Shown piece by piece: positions 58,250 through 64,000 of a stretch of 64,000 nucleotides of DNA; position 1 is the stretch's first letter; every line of letters begins with the position of its first letter. The DNA lies in IMG/VR virus record IMGVR_UViG_3300027659_000031, positions 3,085 to 67,084 of that record; one strand, given 5' to 3'. This DNA is from a virus. The notes below the pieces were generated by a model. The model was not told the DNA's origin, did no database searches, and saw only the letters and a program-made list of their open reading frames with translations. Position numbers and translations under genes: made by a program.

Positions 58250-58912
58250 ATGATACAACTAACGGCAATAGATTATTTTAAAAATGAATTAATTAAAAAA
58301 GGGTTCTTCGTTCCAAAAGGAATATATACAGAAGCCAAATCAATGGAGAAAGAGCAACGTATAAAAGATTATAATGCCGGCTATACAGATGCTCAATGCA
58401 ATCATATAAATGATGCAGAAAATTACTCTAATGAACAAGACTATATAAATAACAAATAAAGAGAATGACAAAGCAAGAACTACTTGAAAATGTAGATAAA
58501 TACTACAATGAAGCTAAAGAAGCTTATAGCAAAGAAAAGGAAGATCTAATTAAGTTACTTACTCCATCTGCTGCTAAAGCCGCTCAATCATTTGAAATAA
58601 AAAGTAAAGAGGATTGGTTAGAAGACGAATTAAAAACTATTAACAAATAACATGGAAATTTGGAAATTCAAAGTAGAGAACATCATTGAGATGCCTAAAG
58701 AAGCAAAGATCATAACAGTTCAACAACAAGACTCATTTAATACGTGTATTTGGGCTATAGTAGATCCAGAGGCCGAGAAAGAAAAAAGAATGTTCTCGGT
58801 CATAGGTACAGGAGAGGACTTTGACCCAACTAAAAGAAAGTACATTGGAACTTGGCAAGATTCAATATTTGTTTGGCATCTATTTGAAATTATTGATTTC
58901 CCTATAAAGTAA
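58250..58912 (+). other. three small hypothetical CDS (58250-58459, 58465-58650, 58652-58912)
   Basis: Last has IWK..MP..A.I..V..Q..IWA.VD..GTG..YIGT.Q..VWHLFE pattern. Confidence 0.55.
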
Positions 58913-58944
58913 CAAGAGGGGGATATTTATTCCAAAGAAATATA

Positions 58945-59520
58945 ATGAAACTAACCAAGATACTAGAGTCAATACTATCAGAACTCAATATACCAAAACC
59001 AGAGGATGCTTATAAGTTTGATAGGATAGCATCTAAAAATTTAGGATACGGAGATTATTACAAGTACGCTTATACTAATGTTAAGGGAGATCCTATGGAA
59101 GTTACTGTGATGTCCCAGAAGAATCCAAAATATCCTGGACTTACTTTCTATGTGGCATTCGGTCCTGATGAAACTGCTCAAGGTACTAAGACTGATTTTA
59201 TTCCTGATCTTGATAGTGAAGATCCTGATGATGAAGAGGAGAAGTACAATATTAAAACTGGAGCTGGAGATGTATTGAAAGTTCTGGCTACTGTGGTTCA
59301 AGCTGTAAAGAATACTGCTAACAAGGTTGGAGGTGTGGATAAGGTATATGCAATGGCATGGTCACCGGCAGATAAGAAGAGAAAGAATGTATATGACTAC
59401 TATGTACAAACTTTGTTCCCAAGCTTTAAAAAGGACCTTGCTGTATCTAGCAGTTCTTTCCAACATTATATCAATCAAGACTTCAAAGGTAAAGAAGAAG
59501 ATAATAATAATCCAGAATAA
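58945..59520 (+). CDS. hypothetical protein with MKLTKILESILSE leader (possible virion-internal protein)
   Basis: GATATTTAT at 58922-58930; leader ends in (I/L)xE. Confidence 0.6.
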   Translation: MKLTKILESILSELNIPKPEDAYKFDRIASKNLGYGDYYKYAYTNVKGDPMEVTVMSQKNPKYPGLTFYVAFGPDETAQGTKTDFIPDLDSEDPDDEEEKYNIKTGAGDVLKVLATVVQAVKNTANKVGGVDKVYAMAWSPADKKRKNVYDYYVQTLFPSFKKDLAVSSSSFQHYINQDFKGKEEDNNNPE

Positions 59521-59537
59521 TATAAGAAGAATATATA

Positions 59538-59729
59538 ATGACAAAGAAAGAACAACAAGAATCACTCTTCTCACTTAATATAATACATGGATATATAAAA
59601 CACTATGCACTACAAGAAGACTATGATAGAGACCACTGCCTCATGCACCTAAAGTCTGTAATAGAAATCATAGAAGGGGATAGGATAGAGATACTCCAAA
59701 GAATAACTAAGGATCCTAATGTGTTATAA
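59538..59729 (+). CDS. hypothetical protein
   Basis: 63-aa ORF. Confidence 0.45.
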   Translation: MTKKEQQESLFSLNIIHGYIKHYALQEDYDRDHCLMHLKSVIEIIEGDRIEILQRITKDPNVL

Positions 59730-59830
59730 AAAAGAATAGTGTTAGGAAGTGTTAGTTTGTGTCAATTTGTGTCATACCAATATATAAGAAAGGTACTAAG
59801 CCGTGTTTCCTATATCACGCCGGCGGCACC

Positions 59831-59924
59831 TAAGTGATTGATTTCCAACAAGTTAGGGAAAGTATATACGTATATAACTAATTGATTACCAATACGTTAT
59901 AACTGATTGATTGCCAATAAAAAC
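59831..59924. repeat. three degenerate copies of the 25-bp TAACTRATTGAT-n-ATCAATYAGTTA palindrome
   Basis: 59831-59855, 59875-59899, 59900-59924. Confidence 0.65.
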
Positions 59925-59995
59925 TTTTGAAAATAGTTAAAATAAATTTTTTTATGTCACTGGATTGTCTTACTTTTACTATATAACAATCAAAT

Positions 59996-60223
59996 ATGAC
60001 TATGAATAGAATGGATCTTGCCCAGCTCGTTTACTTCTTCAGGACCAATAAAATGCCTGCCTGTGTAGACTATTTCAAAAGCTTGGCCAATGAGAGCATA
60101 ACAGTAGGTGGTCTGATAGAAGCTGACTTCGTTAAACGTCACTGTTCAGTGGATAATACACCAGCTCAGATCTGGAAGGAGATCCAGGCCAATGTGACCA
60201 CATACGTAGGCTGTGAGTTTTAA
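59996..60223 (+). CDS. hypothetical protein
   Basis: 75-aa ORF with upstream CTTACTTTTA promoter-like motif. Confidence 0.55.
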   Translation: MTMNRMDLAQLVYFFRTNKMPACVDYFKSLANESITVGGLIEADFVKRHCSVDNTPAQIWKEIQANVTTYVGCEF

Positions 60224-60288
60224 CAATCCGTTAACTCCATCTCTCAAGTAATAGTCTTATATTTACATAGATAACAAATCAATAAAGC

Positions 60289-60486
60289 ATGACACTCGAA
60301 TTTACACAGAAGCAACACGCCCTCCTTTCAGATGCCCTCCACACCAGGCTTCACAGAATCGATCAGATGATCAGACTGTTTGAAGAGGACAGGGACACTA
60401 GGGCAAAGAATATGGTTAAAGTCTATAGTGAAGAGTACATGGACGTCGAGTACCTACTCCAGATGGTAGAGAGGACGGAAGGCTAA
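60289..60486 (+). CDS. hypothetical protein
   Basis: Upstream TATATTTA at 60258-60265. Confidence 0.55.
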   Translation: MTLEFTQKQHALLSDALHTRLHRIDQMIRLFEEDRDTRAKNMVKVYSEEYMDVEYLLQMVERTEG

Positions 60487-60558
60487 CTCCAAAAATAAAT
60501 TTTTCTATATCAAATAAAAGTCTTATATTTACTTATACAATCAAACAAAATAAAGGTT

Positions 60559-61371
60559 ATGTCAAAAGCAACAAATTTTAAGAACAACGTTATCACTTCT
60601 ATCTCTCTCGAAACTGCTAAGGATCTTGCACCTGCAATCTTCGCTACAAGCCCGGCTCCTACAATCAAGAGCCCTAAGTATCAGTTCACTCCTACGTTTG
60701 AGGTTATCGAGCACATGCAAGATATGGGTTACGCTCTCACAGGAGTTAAGCAGTCTAAGTCCAATGTTGAGCTTCGTAAGAACTGGGGCATTCACATTAC
60801 TAGGTTTCAACACCCTGACCTCTACATCAAGAACCCACAGGGTGAGATCGAAGCAAGGCCTGAGGTTGTACTCATCAACTCTCATGACGGCACAAGGCCG
60901 ATTCAATTCGAGATGGGCATGTTTAGGCTTGTCTGTGAGAATGGATTGGTAATCAAGGACCAAGACATGGGCTCCTTTAGAGAGCGCCACACTAAGTACA
61001 CCTTCCAAGAGCTTAAGGATCTTATGGATCAAAAGGTCTTAGGCCTCAAAGATGTTGTAGGCAAGATCAGTCAATGGGCTCAGAAAGAAATGACTGATAA
61101 AGAAAGATATCAGTTTGCTGTAGAAGCATTAGCCCTGAGATTAAGTTCAGATCGTCAGCCAGAACAGTACGAGGTAATGGATATCCTCAATGCTAAGCGT
61201 AAGGTAGATGAACAACCTACTCTATGGCACACATTCAATACTGTACAAGAGAACCTTATCAAAGGTGGCTTCCAACTAAACAATAGGCAAGCTAGGGCCA
61301 TTAAGAATCCCATAGAGGATTTTGTACTGAACCAAGGCCTATGGCAGCTAGCCGATGCTTACGCTAACTAA
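60559..61371 (+). CDS. DUF932/DUF945 family protein
   Basis: APAIFA, Y.F.PT, LINSHDG, GMFRLVCENGL, LW.TFN.VQENLIKGG, LN..LW. Confidence 0.85.
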   Translation: MSKATNFKNNVITSISLETAKDLAPAIFATSPAPTIKSPKYQFTPTFEVIEHMQDMGYALTGVKQSKSNVELRKNWGIHITRFQHPDLYIKNPQGEIEARPEVVLINSHDGTRPIQFEMGMFRLVCENGLVIKDQDMGSFRERHTKYTFQELKDLMDQKVLGLKDVVGKISQWAQKEMTDKERYQFAVEALALRLSSDRQPEQYEVMDILNAKRKVDEQPTLWHTFNTVQENLIKGGFQLNNRQARAIKNPIEDFVLNQGLWQLADAYAN

Positions 61372-61556
61372 GAGTCTCGGGGCGGGGTACTAGCAGACAG
61401 CTAGTGCCTTGCTTCTGCTCTTTAGCATCCAACTAGCACCATGGCAAAGACCTAGTTATGGTAGATAGGGGGCCCCTAGCAGGGAGCCCCGCGTTGACCG
61501 GCCCTGCACACCGGGGAATTTTCCAACTTAGCCAATAAAATAAATACGTAAATAAA

Positions 61557-61820
61557 ATGAAGAAGACTGTAAAAGAAAAACTTGTCGATCACATGCTTGC
61601 TAATGGAAATGATTTCAGATACACAGAAATGATTGCGAAGGTTCTAAAGATTACTAAAGGAGATGACTATATCTATAATTATAAAACAGATGATCGTGGT
61701 TATTACTCTACAAACTTTTGCACAACCTATAATGGTTACATGGTAAATGGCAAAGGATCTTGTGGTGTGTACAGAAATGAAAAGGGCAGATACAGTGCTA
61801 TTTATTATAAAAAGAAATAA
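61557..61820 (+). CDS. hypothetical protein
   Basis: 87-aa ORF. Confidence 0.55.
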   Translation: MKKTVKEKLVDHMLANGNDFRYTEMIAKVLKITKGDDYIYNYKTDDRGYYSTNFCTTYNGYMVNGKGSCGVYRNEKGRYSAIYYKKK

Positions 61821-61937
61821 CATGGAAACAATTATCAACATCCTTATGTGGCTTTTCTTCTCTGCTGTAATATTAATAGTATTCCTAATAATAGGAGACA
61901 GCATAGCAACAAAATTCACTAGATCTAAATTTAGTAA

Positions 61938-62255
61938 GTGGTGGAGAAGACATATCATCAGCCACTTCCCTTACGACTCATATTAAAAAACAAACACATG
62001 GATATTCTAACTCTATCTAAGTCTTTATCGAAATCAGAATTTAAAGAAGCCTTATTTTGTATTGAGAAAGTAAATGATGCGGGTCTATTACTAGAGTTTA
62101 TTGATCTTGTTAATGACTTTGTAAGGCAGGGTACAGATCTAGATTCTGCTATCCACCATGCCAACTACGATCTACTTATAGATTTGGAAACCGGAAAATA
62201 TAAAAAAGAAATAGAAAACCTAGTAACGGGGTCCGGGGGAAATTACGGATTCTAA
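61938..62255 (+). CDS. hypothetical protein (true start probably MDILTL)
   Basis: ORF in + strand run. Confidence 0.45.
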   Translation: MVEKTYHQPLPLRLILKNKHMDILTLSKSLSKSEFKEALFCIEKVNDAGLLLEFIDLVNDFVRQGTDLDSAIHHANYDLLIDLETGKYKKEIENLVTGSGGNYGF

Positions 62256-62381
62256 AAAAAATAAATATATGTTTATCATTATCGCACTATTTAAAATATT
62301 TGCCTGTTTTTTAATAGGATACAATATAGGCTATTACGGAGTTAAAAGTTTAGAAAACTAAATTTACTTAAATATAAAATT

Positions 62382-62789
62382 ATGAAAAAAGGAAAATTGC
62401 TATTTACAGTATTCGGTTGGTGCATTATTACTAAAGAGTCAAATACAGAAGCCTTTCCGCTCTCAGTCTCTTCATTCTTGGTAAGGGTTAACAAATTAAA
62501 AAGTGGAGATCTCGTTGAGTTTGAAACTACAAAGTCCAATATTGTAATAGAAATAAAAAAATACGCACCAGTTAAATCATTCAAGAGGAACCCTCTTACA
62601 TTAAAACCTGGTGGTTCTAATTTGAAATTTGTATTTACTGACGGTATACAAAACCAACCTAACATTAAGTACTCTGAGGTATATATAAAAAAGGTTCTAA
62701 AGGAGCTTGAGACTGAGCCTAAATTCCTTTTGGAAGTGTGGGAAAACGGAAAACTTATCTGGAAAGATGGAGAATTTATTATATTCTAA
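62382..62789 (+). CDS. hypothetical protein
   Basis: 135-aa ORF. Confidence 0.55.
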   Translation: MKKGKLLFTVFGWCIITKESNTEAFPLSVSSFLVRVNKLKSGDLVEFETTKSNIVIEIKKYAPVKSFKRNPLTLKPGGSNLKFVFTDGIQNQPNIKYSEVYIKKVLKELETEPKFLLEVWENGKLIWKDGEFIIF

Positions 62790-62791
62790 CT

Positions 62792-63298
62792 ATGAAGAGG
62801 ATAACACTAGAAGAAACAAAGTACTATGTTAGGCTAGAGGGAGAAGACCCTAACAAGATGAGAAAGGCTGTGGCCTTTTCACTCACACCTTGTAACGAGC
62901 CTGGATGGGAAGAGGTAACTTACTATGGTGAAGGAATACTAGATCCTACCCTAAGTATAAAAAAACCTGAGTGGGTCTACGTTCTAGTGAACAAGTCCAT
63001 GCCTGGTATCTGTAAGATAGGAATGACAAGTACAAGTGTTAATCAAAGGGTAAAGGAGATTAATTCTGCAACCGGAGTTATAACACCTTGGTTCTCTGTC
63101 TACAAATACAAGTGTATTAATTCAAGAAGACTAGAAGAGGAGGTTCATAGGCAACTAGAGAATTACGGGTACAGGATAAACCCTAAGCGTGAGGGATTCG
63201 AGATTTCATCTAAAGTTGCAATTGAGATTATAGAGAGACTAGGAGATTCTTTGACAGTTACTCCAAAGGATTTTGATAGTCAAGAAAGAGATAAGTAG
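62792..63298 (+). CDS. T5orf172 / GIY-YIG-like domain protein
   Basis: VYVL.N..MPG..KIGMT....QRVKEIN.ATGV..LE..VH..RE.F. Confidence 0.85.
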   Translation: MKRITLEETKYYVRLEGEDPNKMRKAVAFSLTPCNEPGWEEVTYYGEGILDPTLSIKKPEWVYVLVNKSMPGICKIGMTSTSVNQRVKEINSATGVITPWFSVYKYKCINSRRLEEEVHRQLENYGYRINPKREGFEISSKVAIEIIERLGDSLTVTPKDFDSQERDK

Positions 63299-63349
63299 TA
63301 TATTTGTAAATACTATATTTTTAGGCCCTTTGCGGAAAAAAAAACAGTT

Positions 63350-63634
63350 ATGACATACCTATTAATTATTTTATTATCTTTATTTATTTGCTTCTTAGTA
63401 GTTAAACTATTTAGATTTGTTCTTTCTTTTATATTAATATGTCTAGGACTCGTTGGGATTGGCCTGGTTATGCTTCCTTGGGATATGGAGATTGGTATAC
63501 AATTAATTACTGTATGCGTCTGTTTGATCTTTATTACGCTCGTGGTGACAATGTTTGCAGGTGCAATCTCAGCATTAATAGTCACTCCTTTGATTTTATT
63601 ATGGCAAGGTATTCGAACATTATTTAACAAGTAG
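63350..63634 (+). CDS. hypothetical membrane protein
   Basis: Almost entirely hydrophobic; TATATTTG at 63299-63306. Confidence 0.55.
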   Translation: MTYLLIILLSLFICFLVVKLFRFVLSFILICLGLVGIGLVMLPWDMEIGIQLITVCVCLIFITLVVTMFAGAISALIVTPLILLWQGIRTLFNK

Positions 63635-63666
63635 TCAGATATTTATTAATAGTCAAAATTAATAGA

Positions 63667-64000
63667 ATGAAAGATTTTAATATCGCAAAGTATTTGAAAG
63701 AACACAACCTTGGTTCACATGGCATCCTTGGTAATTACATAGATCTGCAAGCTCTTAAAGAGGAAGTAGATAATTCTGTGTCTATAGAACTTGATATGGC
63801 ATGGGATGATTCTGAAGACGCTGAAGCTCAAGAAGCATTTAGACAGTATAATATTAAAGTATCAGGTGGAATTGGACGTCCAGGAACTTATCAAGTAACA
63901 GGTAAGAAAGAAGATATCCTTGCCTATCTTAGAAGTGAATTCTACGGAATGGATGAGACCGATATTCAGCACTACTATCCTGAACTTCTTGATGGAATGA
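63667..64000 (+). CDS. hypothetical protein, 3' truncated (MKDFNIAKYLKEH...)
   Basis: Open to window end; GATATTTAT at 63638-63646. Confidence 0.6.
   Translation, partial: MKDFNIAKYLKEHNLGSHGILGNYIDLQALKEEVDNSVSIELDMAWDDSEDAEAQEAFRQYNIKVSGGIGRPGTYQVTGKKEDILAYLRSEFYGMDETDIQHYYPELLDGM

Noticed and set aside
42888-59924. Palindromic repeats as a CRISPR array or IS ends
   Set aside because: Copies are kilobases apart, tied to promoters, with no regular spacers and no transposase
60626-60952. Alternative-frame + strand ORF inside the DUF932 gene (also 21732-21914, 52923-53123, 59327-59578, 63439-63627)
   Set aside because: Nested out-of-frame ORFs without start context or motifs
326-63630. Minus-strand ORFs in the track (e.g. 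326-607, 44184-44579, 60562-61032, 62342-62665, 63313-63630)
   Set aside because: All are antisense shadows of well-supported + strand genes or RNAs, with no motifs
1-64000. Stop-codon reassignment (alternative genetic code)
   Set aside because: Recognisable enzymes are full length in code 11 and no suppressor tRNA is seen

Overview
This 64 kb window looks like part of a large, AT-rich tailed-phage genome, probably infecting a Bacteroidota host. Support: all credible genes are on the + strand and densely packed; Bacteroidota-type TAnnTTTG promoter elements and SD-less starts recur; and Bacteroidota-style TonB receptor and lipoprotein genes are present. No virion structural or core replication genes are visible. 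Layout: (1) 1-2.4 kb nucleotide-modification module (PLP fold-II enzyme, DUF6378-like, dUTPase, dCMP deaminase, T4 gp42-like dCMP hydroxymethylase); (2) 4.6-13.2 kb secreted nuclease, thioredoxin, GH19 endolysin, holin-like genes, a PAS-PAS-transmembrane protein, a TonB-dependent receptor plus lipoprotein, and a tmRNA with a long tag; (3) 13.5-14.5 kb tRNA cluster with atypical tRNA-like and structured RNAs; (4) 16.4-41 kb glycosylation island with a putative branched-chain 3,6-dideoxysugar pathway (RfbH/E1, ThDP enzyme, DmpF/DmpG, SDR); (5) 43-64 kb mostly small early-type hypothetical genes behind three ~175-bp repeated promoter cassettes, plus UvsE, a metallophosphoesterase, DUF932 and T5orf172. 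All calls come from motif recognition by eye; no database searches were run.
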